NCBI GenBank assembly: GCA_964270895.1
Contig: OZ185436.1
DNA: 64,000 nt
Strand: one strand, 5' to 3'
Source of the DNA: Podarcis filfolensis
Taxonomy: Eukaryota
Below, piece by piece: positions 36,699-51,035 of this stretch (position 1 is the first letter of the stretch; each line of letters starts with the position of its first letter). Made by a program: the position numbers and the translations under genes. The notes under the pieces are model-generated. The model worked only from the letters and a program-made list of their open reading frames with translations, ran no database searches and was not told the origin of the DNA.

Positions 36699-39600
36699 AT
36701 GTAACTTCCATAGACAGGGTTAGCTCAAATTTCCTAATATTTAATTTAAAAACAACAACAACACGGCTTTTCTGTAATTTAAATAGTCCTCTGGTGATAC
36801 AGTGTTTTTCTTCCTGAAAACCTGTAAATATATGTAAAATTAATCTCTGCCCCCACTTGCAATCTTTTTCCTCTAAGCAAATATTAAGTGTTCTGTTTTT
36901 CCTTTGTCCATGTCTTTCTTGAATTGTGATTCCAGAGTGTGTGCATATGCCCTGAAGTGAACTGTAAATGAATTGATTTCTCCTCTCTGATCTTGAAGTG
37001 GTGTATTTTCCAGGGAAGGGAAGTGAAAGTGTTGTTGAGACCCAGTGTCAAACATACTTCTCCACAAAATGGATGATGCAAAGCAGCAAAACTTTTACAA
37101 GAACTGAGCTGTTCATAATCCTTTATCTATATATCCAACAGTATGTGACGTCAGACCTGGTTAGGCCCATGAACTTTACATTCTCCATATAGTTGATGAA
37201 GTAGGCTTGAATGTTGAGGTCATTGAGCTAAAATCGTCATCTGAGATGATGCGGATTTAAGCATTTATTTTATTAAAGAAATTGAACAAAAATATCCAGT
37301 TCTCTCTGAGAGCAAGTGGGGATTCACGTGACTGAATTTTCCTTTGTTCATGAAAAAAAAATATCCCTTCACCTAGAAAACTAGCATGTCAGGAAGAAGG
37401 CCTCTGGTCTGGTCTTCTCTCTGGCATGCTCATTTTCTATGGGTAGGGGAGCATCCCACCATGTGAGCCTCCAAATGCACTGTGAACTGGTACAAGTGAG
37501 ACACATGTTTACCACTTCAGTGAGAGCTAGGTCACTGCTATGTGGCAGGCTGAGCAGGAAGAGTAATTCAATTAATATCAAATTAGTTTTAGCCATCAGG
37601 AAGTGATCTGTGGGTTGTAATTCCATTAGGCCTAACATGCTTAAATTGGACTTTCCTCTCACAATTTTTTTCAAGCTATGCAAAGCTTTTCAGTCTCAGC
37701 AGCTGGAGAAGACAACACAAAACCCATTAGCAAAATACAACATGACCATTAAAGCATCAGGTGTTTTCTGGAACGATATAAGATTCCTCAGTAGAAATAG
37801 TCAAAATTCAACACAAAACATTGGGTTAGCTCAACCATCCATTTCTTTGAGGTCTTTGCAATTGCCTGTGTCTGGATTTGCACTTTGGTATTGTATCATA
37901 CATGTACATGGCAGTAGACATGCCACATACAGTCTTTTACAGGACCACTTTGTTTTTGCTGATTTCCCTATAACAAACGCAAGTCCTGAACACACTCCTA
38001 GAGAAGGTCACCTGAAGCCCCTTTCTCCACGGCATGTGCACCCTCCTTTCCAGGTGAGCAACCTCTCCATCTCTCAGCAGAGTCCTCAGGACAGTTATGG
38101 CACCAGAGTGTGCCCCACAGGTTGAATGAAGCAGGAGGCCTGTCTCTTGAAACAGGTCAGTTCAAAGTGCTCTGGCTGCTCTCCCTGGTATTGGTAAGAG
38201 ATTTGCGTATGTCTTCAAATGAGTGGTGTTTTGGCAGCACCCTGACTGTGTGTTAATTCCTTTCTCGGCAAGGGAACGGCCTTCCTCACTTTATGAGTAG
38301 GAAAGCTAATAGTGCTCTAAAGCAATTCGGTCCCCTGCTTCTCTACACCCAAGTGCTGCATTGCTGAGCAGTCTGGATCATTCGGCCCTTGACAAACCAC
38401 TCACAAAGGCCCTTTCTGAATGTTGACAGTCTTCCTTGGAGGAAAGGGGTGCCAGACAGCAGTAGTCCCCACTGGCAGCTTTGCACAGCCATAAAGTTAA
38501 GTGTAGAGTAGAAACAAATGCATGTTCCTTGGAAATGCACTGGCTGCATCCCAGGAAGCAGGCTCACTGCTTCTCCCAAGGACGGAAAGTGCTTCTTTGT
38601 ATCTGTAACCAATCCCTGTATTCTGATGTGGTCCAACAGTGACCCACAGAGCAGACTGGGCAACCAGCAGTCCTAGGTCCGCATAGGACAAGGAGGGAGG
38701 AAAATGGGGGAAGAGGGAGATGTGGATAAAGAGAGAGCGAGACAAGGGAGTAGCAGTGAGAGAGACAAGAGTGTGAACCACTCCAAAAGTACATCAGCAC
38801 AGTGTCCTGTAAACCCCAATTTCAAATCAGTGGTCTTCAGGAAATGATGTGACTTTAATTCCCCTATATGGCATGTTGAGGCTAGGAAGGGCCCCGTGTG
38901 TTTCTCTGTACAGTGCTAGCGCAGTTCATGCTTTCAAATTATCACAATAGCTCCAAGAGTTTATACTGGATTACCAGGAAACACTGCCCATTCTGCTTCT
39001 GGCTGCCATGTGCTTAGCACTGAACCGTACACATTCACTAAATATGGAGGGCAGAAGAAAGGCAGGGCCAGTACTGTTGCTGCATATCTGAAATCTAGGC
39101 ATTGAGTGGGGCACCAGAAAAGGGTATTGTACAATTGTATGCAAATAGACAATTGAGATGACAAGGACCCCTGCATGGTCGAGGTGTCCTCCCATAAAGT
39201 GGCTTTCCATGTACATGCATAGCTGTGCCTTTGCAGAATGCCACTCAATGTGCAAGTGTCAGAGGTATAGCAACATCAGGGGCAGGGCTAGGAGAACACA
39301 GCACCGTCTCTCTTTATGTGTATACATGGAGGCACACGTGAGGAGGGCAATTGTGCCTTCTGATTTTAATCTTTTGAGATTCCATTTTATGTTCTCACAT
39401 TTCACTCTTATGAGGTTGGTAGCTGTTGTAATAGTTCTGTGCAGGGCTGCATAATACTTCCCATAAATTTCATCTCTTCAGTTCTTTGTGCTATTGGCCT
39501 GCTTGTCTTGTTGTGACTGCTTCATTTGCTGATTGTGGGAGCATTGTAGCCTTATAGTAATGAGACACATCTTCTAATGCTTTGTGATGAACAAAGGTTG

Positions 39601-41633
39601 GCTTTCAGTTAGGGAACATGAAAAATTGAGCTTTTTAACAAGTAATTTTTATTAAATTCTTATTGTAATAATACAAATCTATAATAAGAAGACCAACAAA
39701 GAACAAAAAAAGCTAATCGCAAGAAATTAATCTTTGTGAGTGTGTGTGTGTGTTTGTAAAAAACTGGCAGAAACATAACTCCTGTTGCAAATGATATGTT
39801 CCATCATGAACATATCATTTCGTGTACCATCATGAAATCTGAGGGTTTAAGTAGTCTGTAAGACTTCTTAATCCAACTATTGTGTTCACCTGTTAAAGCA
39901 GTTCTTACCATATTTAATCTTCTTTGAATGGAAAGAGTAGGAGGAAGTAATTAAAAGTTGTGAATGGTCATTTTGATAAAAGATTATATTATTAAGCTGC
40001 AATTCTACATGTATTTGGTAGGTCAAAATGGCTGCAAGAATGTAGCAGAAACCCCAACTAATTAGTGAGAAATAATACATCACAGCTGATCCAGTGTAAA
40101 TAAGGTGTCATAGTCATTACTTTAAATTCATAATTAGTAGTCAGTGCAGATAAGAGCTCTCTTGAATCATTACAGCAGCTGGACTCTCAAAATGATCAGG
40201 TGTTTATGGCAACAAGATGATAACAAATGTGGTGAGGGGGGTTATTCTTTCATTTGTTGTTGTTTTTTAAATTGTGTTTTTATGCTGCAAAGCATCCTGT
40301 GATCCTATGATGAAGGGTGGTGTATAAATTAAATAAATAAATAAAAATCCTTTTTCAGAGTGAGGGTTGGTTTTTTTAATGGTGGATTTCATAAAGTATA
40401 ACTTTAATGCCTGAGAATTCATTTTTAATTACGGTATTTTGCTCCTTCAGGGCAGCCGCTTTCTCTCCTCTCACCTGTGCTTCTTTACAAACAGACAACC
40501 TGGCGTCAGCATGAAAATAAATATACATAATTTGGTATTTACTGGTTGTCCTAATCATATCCCTCATAACAGACATAGTAGGAGGAATTCAACATGGTGA
40601 TAAGGAGATCATTCCATCAGTGCAAGCATTTCTGCTTTTCTGGTAGAACAATCTCCCCTCCACCCCCTGTTATGGGGGTTCTTCTGACCCCCCCCAAGCC
40701 AATTTGGGGGTGCATGCTGGAAGAGAACCAGCCTTTGCTCAGGCTTCCACTAGTAGGACCTGTTTGTTGAACCTGACCCAACAAATGGCTGAAAGAGGTG
40801 CTTAAAATGTATGGAGGTTCTGCTTCCTAGTCAAGACAATTCATGGTGACATTTCCTCCCCCCGCCTGCACCCATTCTTGTATACCAGGCTGCAGCATAT
40901 AGCAAATGCAGTATGTCAGTCAATCTAGTTGCTAAACAGCTGCCTCTTGCTCTTGAGTTGAATATCAATCAAATGAAGAATGCAATTTCTGCTGTTCAAG
41001 ACCTATTTAATTTGCCAGGATGCTGTTGCTTTTTGGAGACATTTGCCCTCTGATTGTGTGCAACTTGTACACCAAGGTGGCTGGAAAATTTGGTGCTCGT
41101 TAAGCTGTGCTGTGTGTCTATACAAAAGCCGTTGGCTTCTGAGAGACCAGCCTCTGGAATTAAGCAGTCCCCATTTTATGAAGCCTCATCAACCTAGAAA
41201 ATAACGCATACGAAGTTAAGTCAGGTGGACCTGTCAAGATGTCCTGCACTTTGAGACCACCAACTCTGGCCAAGAGGGAGTTCCAGATGTCTTTATAAAG
41301 CAGCCTGACCCTTAGGAGGCACCATATGGGCCCATTCTCTGACTTCCTGCCTTTTCCTCTCCCATTGCCATTGGGTCTGCACCATCCATTGCTGTGCTAG
41401 GCCACCAGTGAGCAACGGGAGCAGCTTGTGATGGCCACAGGGCAGGAGATCTGACAACAATATTAATGAAGCAATATTGCTCTAAAGACCAGAGAGTGTG
41501 TCCTTTATTCCTAGAGGTGCCAGTTCTCGTGAACACAAACATGGCCATGTCACACTGGGATTGCTGAGAGCAGCGAGGTGTGCTGCCACTCCAAGACAAG
41601 GCCTTCATAAAGCATGTCTGTCTGTCTTTCCAG

Positions 41634-41776
41634 GGCTGAGCGGGCAACAGCTGTGCTGCTGGCAGATCCCTGTTTCCAGCTCCGTTCTATTCAGTACTTG
41701 TTGGGGAACACGGAGCCTCTAGTCCTGGGGATGGCATCAGCTTCTGCTGACAAGAAACATTTCTCCCTGCAGAGCT
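41634..41776 (+). CDS. RNF123: RNF123 coding exon ([24 protein letters not shown]...KHFSLQS), 3' of the long intron
   Basis: cag|G...T|gtaagt; 143 nt; phase matches exon ending at 9520. Confidence 0.93.
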
Positions 41777-42539
41777 GTAAGTATCTCCTCTGATTTGCTG
41801 TGCTTAACATACGCCATGAGTCGCTTGTTACTGCATGGCTCCTTGTTGCCTGCCACTTTGCCATTTGGGTAACTCCTAGGTGCCTTTTGTAGAAAAGGTG
41901 GTCACTGAGATCTCTGCTACAGAGCCTGTAAACAGCTGTCTTGTCCTTGCTACCTTATTGTATGTCTCCTCCCTCCTTGCCTGTCCCTGCTCTTCACAGA
42001 TGCTTTGTGTATTTGAGGCCACCAAATATATTTGCCCTGTGGCAACAACATGGGAATAACTCCCTGTTTTCCTCTTGCTGTGCCTCTGCTCTCCAACAGC
42101 AACAGCAACAACTTCTCCATCCTGTTTCCACAGGCATATGGTTGCCTACTCTGAGAATAGGATGCTGAACTAGATGAGCCCATGGGCCTGATCCAGCAGG
42201 GCCCTTCTTACATTTCCTAAGAAGGATCAGCTAAGAATTCAGACAAAAGAATAGGTTTAAAAGGGGGGGAAAGTGTATATACATATATGTAAGCTCATTA
42301 GCCTCTCTTCTAAGAAATATTCCAAGCTGCTTTTCCATAAAGCCACATTGAAAAATAAAGCCACACTTTAAAATTCATCTGCTGTAAAAAAAACAGCACA
42401 ATAAAACAAGATAAGACACAACACAACACAATAAAACAAGATAAGTCACAAATTGGGTGTTGTGAGCTGACTGTAGCTCCGTACAGAGAGCAGGTGCAGG
42501 GTATCCTTGAGGGGGTTTAGCAGAGCAATGTGGACTTGT

Positions 42540-42745
42540 GGGATGCCCAGTGCTAGGGCACAGGATTTGCATGCAAGGAGGTCCCAGGTTCAGCCTTCTT
42601 ACATTTCCAGGTAAAAGGATCAGGTAAAAAGGGATGTGAAATAGTTTTGCCCAAGACCCCCTAGAGCTGCTGCCAGTTAGAATAGTAAACTATACGAGGC
42701 TGGATTGACTCAAGGGCCTGCCTCAATAGAAGGCAGATTCCTGCA
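42540..42745 (+). mobile_element. tRNA-derived SINE (Squam2-like), degenerate
   Basis: TTTGCATGCAAGGAGGTCCCAGGTTCAGCC...GAGCTGCTGCCAGTTAGA...AAGGCAGATTCCT, similar to the 7427 copy. Confidence 0.65.
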
Positions 42746-43108
42746 TCAGCAATGCTGGCAACAGAGGCAGATTATTCTTCAGCTGCTCAGGCCTACTGTC
42801 CTGTGGCACAGCAGAGCAGCACATGGCACTGCTTACGGTTCCCCGGAGGGACCAGTCGTGGCTGTGTAGAGTACCCACACTGTGCATCCTCCCCACTGTG
42901 TGTGTTTTCAGAGAAGAAGAAGTTTGCATCTTTTCTTATTTTATTTTCACTTAACTTTGCCCCACAGCCCATTTTAAGGATCCAATCCTATTCGCTGGGT
43001 AGGATGGCAGCAAAAAAAAATTCTATAGCGAAAAAAACCGTACTGTTATGTATGCATTTGCATACCAATCTGCCACGTGCCATCTCTTAAAAGAAATGTG
43101 TGTCCAGC

Positions 43109-43134
43109 GAGAGAGAGAGAGAGAGAGAGAGAGA
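43109..43134. repeat. (GA)13 microsatellite
   Basis: Read directly. Confidence 0.95.
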
Positions 43135-45447
43135 ACCAAGCTCCTGTCCTTGGCTCTGCCCATGCCCTTGAAGTTTGCTGAGATAGAGGAAAGCAATTGG
43201 AGCGCTGAGATGGAGGAAACCGTGATCCCTAAGGAATGGTGCAGGCTTTATTTACACAACCTCTAGAAACTGTTAGTTCCATGGAGATCTTGAACTGATG
43301 ACGAAATAAGGCATTATGTGATTGGGGTAGTGGTGCAGAGCTGCTGAACTGATTGAGAACTGTGGAAGATTACTGCAGCAGGCAGCAAAGCTTTCTCTTT
43401 CTTTTAACCTCTGCTGATTTGTGGCCATTGTGATTTTTCTCACTCACTCTATGAAAGCCTGGCTGAAGGCCTCCTTGCCTCAGGCTTGCGTGGGGGGTGG
43501 GGGGGAGGCATTTCCAGTTTTTGTTCTCCAGCTGCGAATGCATGCAGACCAGGGCCAGCCCTACCATTAGGCAGAGTGAGGCAGATACTGTGGGATAGGG
43601 AGCAACAGCAAAGTGCTAAAGGGCAGAGCCATTGTGTACAGGGCCTGCTCAAGATAATTTGCTGCCTGAGGCAGATGAGTAGATGATAGCCTCTCCCCTC
43701 CCTCACCATTCCATGCACAGAAGTTGACTGGACTGCAAGCTGCATCAGCACTTGTGATGGGATAGCATATTTCAGCACCTGAAGGCAGCAAGCTAACTTA
43801 GGAAGGTGCAAGACAGGCCACATGGCACACACAGCTCTGTCCTCCCAAGGTGGGGAGCTGCCAAAAGGACACTGGAGGACTGGCCAGGGGATGTTGCTTC
43901 TCCAGCATCTGCTGCCTAAGGTGGCTGTTGCGCTCTGCCTAATAATAGGACTGGCCCTGTGTGTTTGCCATGCAATCTGCCCTACGCCCACTGTGCTAGG
44001 CTGCTGTCCTTGGGTGCAGTGGAGGACCCCGTCCCATTGTTACTGTTGAACTAAGATTCAGTTGCCAGTCTGGTTGGCTTTTATACATGGCATGGGAAGG
44101 AGGGTGCCATCTTGTCCTTCAGACCTCAGGCAACAAAACGTCTTAGTCCAGCCTTGATAAAAAGCAATACACTTCCAGGTTTTTACAGAACTGAGGCATC
44201 TTAGAGAGGCCATTTAGCCAATATGATAAACCACATCTTAGCTCAAGTATGATCTCTGGTTTCTTCCCTTGTGAATCTCTGCGGAGCCCAGGAAAGCTAA
44301 ATCCAAGAGAAATGGAAGAGGGTAATGACAATTACTCTACTATGTCCAAATATGCTCACTGTTGAGTGCTTGGAAAAAAATTGAAGCAGTACTATGGAAA
44401 GTTGATGATGATCCTCTGCTGTAAAAAAAAAAGGAAAGTAATATTAGAAAGTGCTCTGGGTTTACTGTTAACTGGGAATCCTAAAGCTCAGGGGATGCCT
44501 TACATGGAACAAGGCTGTGCCTTGGGGTGGTTGCTGCTGCATTAGAGTCTACAGGGAATATAACCACTGTCCTTTCCTTCCCGCTAATGTCATTATTAAG
44601 TGGGACTTCCCTGCCTGCCAACTGCAGGTTCCCTTTTCCTGCTGAGAGTGTGAAAACGTGTGCTAGAGTAGCCTGCAGAGGACACCACAGGCAGATTCTC
44701 TCTTGTTTTCCGCAATGCACTGTGCATTATATCTTAAAGAGGCACTGTTAATTGTTTCCCAGAAGGGAGCATGCTGAGTCCCCTGCCCCTCCCCCGTCAG
44801 TCTAGCATTACCTACTGTTGCCTCGCTCTGAATTCCCTTACCCTACAGCAAAGTGCTTGTGTTCCCATCCTATTTCTGGGCCGTGGAGGGACTGTTCCCG
44901 CCCTACCCATCAGAGAGTGTCTGTCTAAAAGCCTGATTCCAAAAATGCATGTACTTGTGTATCTGCCAGCAGCACCACCTCTGCTGATACTGAGCTGGCC
45001 CAGCGGCTGATCTTCTCTGCCATAGGCAGTCTTTGCAAATATTAGATCCGCTTGTGAAGGTTGCTTCATAGACTCTGGTGTATGGGTGTGGCCAAAGTTG
45101 CCCTGTGCCTTCTCTGCCAACCATTTTTTCCTGCTCTACCCAGTAAGGAAAACTATGCTAGTTCTCGCAGGCGCTTTGCTGTGTCAAATCCCAGAGGCCT
45201 AAGCAATCCAAAGAGGCAGAGGCAGAGGTCAGAGGCAGTAATGCTTCTGAATGCCAGTTGCTGGAAACTGCAGGAGGGGGAGGTGCTCTTGTGTTCAGAT
45301 CCTGTTGTGGGTTTCTCACATCTGGTTGTTCACTGTGAGAACAGGATGCTGGAGTACATGGGCCATCGGCCTAATCCAGCAGAGCTCTTCTTACGTTCTT
45401 ATGAAGGCTCCCCCAGAGACGTGTGAAGGGTGGAGAGAGAGGCGGAG

Positions 45448-45449
<2 letters not shown>

Positions 45450-45490
<41 letters not shown>
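45450..45490. repeat. (GT)20 microsatellite
   Basis: Read directly. Confidence 0.95.
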
Positions 45491-45493
<3 letters not shown>

Positions 45494-46246
45494 GAGCATG
45501 CATGCTTCAGAAGATCTTTCTTACATATTACAGCTGGAGCCCTTAATGGCACTGACAATAACGTTGCTTAACCTTTGTAGGATCACTCCTGCTCCCCCTC
45601 ATGAGTTGCTCAGATAGGAAGCTTTGATTGCCTTGTGACAAGTGAAGAGTTTGCACCCCTTTCATGGATGCCTTGTCACTCCGGATGCAATATTTAACAT
45701 CCATTTCCTTGTCATGGTCTGGAGGACTTGGTCATCTTTGATCACATGGTCTATGGGGTTCTGAAAGCTTGCATATTTTAAAACATAGACCAGTATTTCT
45801 CTTCAGCAATCTCTGGGTTGTCTAATTGTAGCAAGAGTTGTGGCCACAATATGCCCAGAAAAGCTATACCTGCATGCTGCTTTCCATGCATGCTGTCATG
45901 TGGTGGCTTTTGAGAACTCTACCCTTGTCCCTGCCCCACTACTGCGCAAAGCCGTTTTCCTCTGTCCTGTGATAACACTGAGAACAAGGTGCCTCACCTC
46001 TTTGCGCCTCACTTGGTTAACAGATCAGCTCATGCTGGGCTCTGCCACCATGTGGCCAAACACCTCCACCGCAGCTTCATTTTAATCCCTCCCAACTAGT
46101 CATTGGTGGGATGGGGCTGAAAAATGAAATCCGGGGCAAGGCCCCCCCCACCCCCTGCTCTGCATAGTAATAGTAGAACCTGTGCCCCCCCCCACTCTGC
46201 TGCCACTTGTCCTTCCTTTATCATTAATCTCTCTTTTTTTCTGCAG

Positions 46247-46341
46247 ACACTGATTACATCAGCCAGGAAGAGCTGGCCAAGGTGGAGCAAATGCTGGGCC
46301 ACCTCAGCGAAGAGTCCAAGCAGGCTGCAGCCTCCACCTTG
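46247..46341 (+). CDS. RNF123: RNF123 coding exon (YTDYISQEELAKVEQMLGHLSEESKQAAASTL)
   Basis: cag|AC...TTG|gtaag; 95 nt. Confidence 0.95.
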
Positions 46342-49062
46342 GTAAGCTTCCACCTAATGAACTGAATGTGTGTGGCCACTTGCCCAAGGCACCCTCCATA
46401 GCACCACCCCTCGCAGGACCTCAACCGAGGCAAAAGATCAAGTACTGGCCCTTGCTGCATTGCCCGAGGGCGCAGCATTTACAGGGTCCTGCAGATACAA
46501 GGGCCGTTACTGACCTTGCTTGGCAACACTGGGTGGCTCTGTTTCTTGGGTACCTGATTTGGCTTGGACATATTAAAACCATATGGGGTAAGTGTCCACG
46601 TTCCATGGCAAAGGTTGGTGCTGACCTCTAATGCTGTAGGGCAGCAATAGCCAATGTGGTGCCCTCCAGCTGCTGCTGGACTCCAGCTCCCATCACTGCT
46701 GACCATTGGGAGTCCAACAATATATTGGCATCACCCTCATAACCACCCCTGCTTTAGGCCTAGTTCTGAGCCATCTGTAAGGACAGTGTGTTTTCCTGTG
46801 GAAGCAGGATCTGAGAGTGGGCACAGGTAGATGCGTAGCATACATATGCACAGGTGCTAATGCACACTTACTAAGCTAATAATATCCTCAACTTCATTAA
46901 GCAGGGGTGGTTATTCTTTTTTTTGGCTGAGGGTCACATTCATCCTTGGCCCATGCTCTGAGGTTTACACGCCAATTGTGGGGGTGCCCACCCTAACCAC
47001 TTTGATGCACACATACATGACACACTCAGGACCCGCGCAGCCCCCCTTCCCAGCTGATCCATGCTGATCAACCGAGGAAATTGGGTTATTATCCCCTTTC
47101 TGCTCATCAAATGATCTGCCTGATGACTAGGAAGGGGGAACATCAAAGGCTCTGAAGCCCACCTACCTCATACCGAGTGTATTTAACTATTTTCCCCCTT
47201 TTTCTGGCACTGCCAAAATTGGTGGTGGGGAGTCAGACAAGAACTGACTGAGGGGTCAGATCAGCCCCATAAACCAGGGTTTAGCCAGCCCAGCAGTAGT
47301 ACAACATAGAATGAATATGAGAGTCAAAATTCCTGTGCTATGTGCTCACTTTACAAGGTCACCCAGCGGCCAAGCAGATATCCCAGTGGGAAGGAGTTCC
47401 ACTGTCTTCAGGGAAGTGAGGCCTGAGAGCTCCATTCTCCCTCCCCTCCCTCACCCAACCCAAATCTTTGCCCAAACAATTCCAATTTCTTTTGAAATTC
47501 TGAACCTTGGAAGCAGAATAAGCTGTTCAAGATGAATTTGCGAAATTGAAGGCACAGAACTGGGTTTCTTTGTTGAAAAAAAATTGGACTGGATGGGCAC
47601 GGAGGGAGGAGGAGCTTAAGCAGCACAGAAGCTACCCAGATGGACTCCGGCTGCTGAAGCAGCCCCCGTGTGTGTTGCTCTGTCTGGGTGACCTCCAGAG
47701 AGAAGCTGTGATCCAGGAAGCAACCTGATCTCTGCCAGGGGTAGGATCTGAATTATTAATGTGGCTGCTCATCTTCCAGCTGCAGTTTGGAGCTGCATAA
47801 AGGCTGCTGCAGGAGGACAGGGTGGGGGTGGGAGAGAGAGCTGATGGGATGGGAACACACTGTCCCTGGGTTCAGTAGGAACTCATGCTCTTAGCCTAGG
47901 CCAACCCCAGGGCAGGAAGCAAACCTTCATTAAGAACCTCAAGCTAAGCCTAACTCTGTGCATTCTTTGCACAGGGAGACGAGTGCAGAGAAGTTGACTA
48001 GCCCCATATATTCTTCACTACTGCTTCCGCTGCTGAGATTATTAGCTCTCCCAAAATTATATTGAAAGATAGCAGGATATGTATAGGTGCACTTAACGGT
48101 GGTCTTTACAGGCAGCGCTCATGGTCCCTGCTCCAAGGGGGAGATTCATAAGAGATACATTTATATTGTTCTTTTCAAAACTTTTTAAAAATCTCACTTT
48201 CTCCCCCTAGTGGCAGCAGCACTGGGATTCCCTCACCTCTTGGAGAGACAAGGCCCTCCCTTCCATTATGACATCATCCGGGAGAAGGAGTCCCCATAAT
48301 ACCCAAAGGAGTGCAGTCCCTACGGTCATCAGCATTTTTATAGAACTCCCCAGTGAAAGACGTTACATTTAAAAGAAGAGGAAATAAAATTAATAGCTTA
48401 CTTTTTAAAAACACCCTTCCCCTGATTACAGATCATAGTTGGCAAGGAAACATGGGCTTCACTCCACAAGCCAGGGCTTTTCACATCCCAGTGACAGTGG
48501 GAGAGAGGTTCATTCGCTAATGTTCCTATAACATTTTGCACCAAGAGCAAGACAGACCTATCACACTCCCCCTCTAGACATCCAGGGCCTAATCAGGCCA
48601 TGAGGAGGAGCAATCAAAATGAGGACACTGCCCTGTGAAGAACAGGACACAGGAGGCTAGAATTCCTGTTTTCTCCTCTTTCCTTGGCCATGGAGGTAGA
48701 GGTAGCCCTCCAGTTCATGTAGCCCTCCTGAGAGAGTAGAGCCCTCATAGCTGATAGTGGAATCTTCCTGGAACCATTTCCCCTCCTACCTCACTGGCAA
48801 CACTCTTAGAGAGTTGCCGCATGGATCAAAGCAACACAAATGGTTCTGATCTAAGATTTGCAGCATGTATCTTAAGTAAGCCCTGGCATGAAGTGTACGA
48901 AGCCAACCAGCCATTTCAGTTTCAAGCGTCTAGTGCAGAACCTTCATGTTATTAACTGTTAATGAGCTGCTGTTCTTCTACCGTGAGATGCCTTGCATTG
49001 CACCATGATGTGGGTTGGGTGTTGGCAACTGCCAATAAGCTGAGCTGTTGCTTCTTTTGCAG

Positions 49063-49148
49063 CCCACCAGTGAGGAGGACCTGTGCCCCATCTGCTACGC
49101 GCATCCCATATCTGCCGTATTCAAGCCATGCTCCCACAAGTCCTGCAA
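49063..49148 (+). CDS. RNF123: RNF123 coding exon, first half of RING ([29 protein letters not shown])
   Basis: cag|CCC...AA|gtgagt; 86 nt. Confidence 0.96.
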
Positions 49149-49819
49149 GTGAGTAATCCCTTGGGGGATGTGGGCTTTTCTCTACTTTTGCTTTCTGGTT
49201 GGATGGAAGGGATCCTAGAAGGTGCCCCAGACCATAACTGGAAATTTAATTAACGAATTTTGCCATTTGAACTCTCTGAAGCTTCCTAGCTGAAATCTCC
49301 TTTTCACTTGTTGCCCTAATGGAAAGACACAGCAGCATGATGCTTCTGAATAGCTACTTAGGCCAGCTCTCCCATACGCAAGGCTGTGACTGCACTGCGC
49401 ATGCAGATTAGATTCAACTGATTTGTTGGTTTTTTTTAAAGCTAGCATTTTAACCTTTTGGGCTGCGAAGTTTGGTTGATAAAGTGTGCCATTTGTATTT
49501 AAATCTTAGAAGCCATGGGGAAGGCTGATCAGGATTCAAACTGGTTGGGGGCAGGGGAAGACTTCAGTGTCTCCCATTCCTCTAAGTCATTACCATGGCT
49601 TAGCACATGCCCCCAAAACAAATTTGTGTAATTTGTTTTATAGAGAAGCTGTAGAATTTGATTTTAAGAGGAAAGTGGGCATTATCTTGCATGCAGAGGA
49701 CACTTGCACTCCTTTAGACCCAGCAAGGGGCTTTTAGGTACTAGATACGTATTGTTGGGCCAAAGCTCGGCCTGTAGCTGTGAACAAATGTCCAAGGCCT
49801 CCTGCTCTTGTCTTTCTAG

Positions 49820-49919
49820 AGCCTGCATCAACCAGCACCTGATGAACAACAAGGACTGCTTCTTCTGCAAAGCCACCATCACGGGTGTGGATGATTACAT
49901 GAAGCCAGCCACCTCCTAG
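49820..49919 (+). CDS. RNF123: RNF123 last coding exon, second half of C3HC4 RING ([32 protein letters not shown])
   Basis: tag|A GCC...TAG; 100 nt; stop 49917-49919. Confidence 0.96.
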
Positions 49920-51035
49920 TGCCTGGACCCTGCAGGGCAGGGCCGCATGCCCAGGCAGCTTCTCCACAAGATGGACTCTCCTTGCTTCGAGAGCACCTCT
50001 GTCAAAGGCGGCTGCTGTTCAGCACAGCTGAGCTCAGTTGTGTGTTTTTTTAATTTATAACACTTCTTGCAGGCCAGGCACTGCCATATGCATCCCCTCG
50101 GCCACATCATATCCTTCAACCCCCCCTGAATTTAGGTACACTTCCTGTTGCTGTCATTGACTCCAAGCCAGCAGGCACTGGGCTTTTCCCATGGGGCATG
50201 TACAAGGGGGCTGAACATGCTCAGGTTTTCTACCTCAGCCTGAATCTGTAGCTCCTTTTCTGCATTTGCCCCAGGAAGCCTGTCTCGTACTGTAGCTGGG
50301 ACACATCCCCTTTGGTGTGGTGCTTTTCTCGATGGGGTAAACGCTGATCTCACAGGCAACATCGCTCCTGTGAGCCCAGCTGGCCACTAGCCAAGTGTGT
50401 TTTTTGCTGCAGTGCTTAGCAGCTGTTTTGACAAGTGTGTGTGTTGCTCAGAGTTGGTTGAGATATTTACGTGGGCATATCGTGCAGCAGCCTGCCCAGC
50501 TGTGCCACCTGATATGCTTTGGTGACGGAGGGAGATATTGACAAGCCATTCTCCCACCTGCAATCAGATGCGCTGGTAAGTGAAAGATTGTACCATCTGT
50601 CCACTTAAACATTAGACTCTGCTCTTTGTGCATATAGCTCCTTTCCTTTGCAGGTAGGGACTGCTAGATACGCATAGCAAAGACACAAGGCCCAGTTTTT
50701 GGTCTGGGGAGCTTAGTGAATGCAACAGCAGGCACACTATGCCATGACTAACAGAAGTGCAGAGATGAAGCCCACAACCAGAGGAATGAGTCTGAATAGA
50801 CTCCCAAGCTTCTCCAAGAAAAGAAAAACACATATAGCAGGGGCCAGAGTTTGTCCCATGCATTGTATTCTGGTTGGGAGAAGTACGAGCTAGGTTGAGC
50901 TTTATGGGCTACTGCAGGGGTGAACCTGATTGCACTGCTCTCTTCCACCAGCAGAAGGTGCCCATGGCACCAGCCCTTCACTGTGTGACCAGGCTGCCTG
51001 TACTATCCAGGAGCAGACAAGGATGGTTGCTGTTT

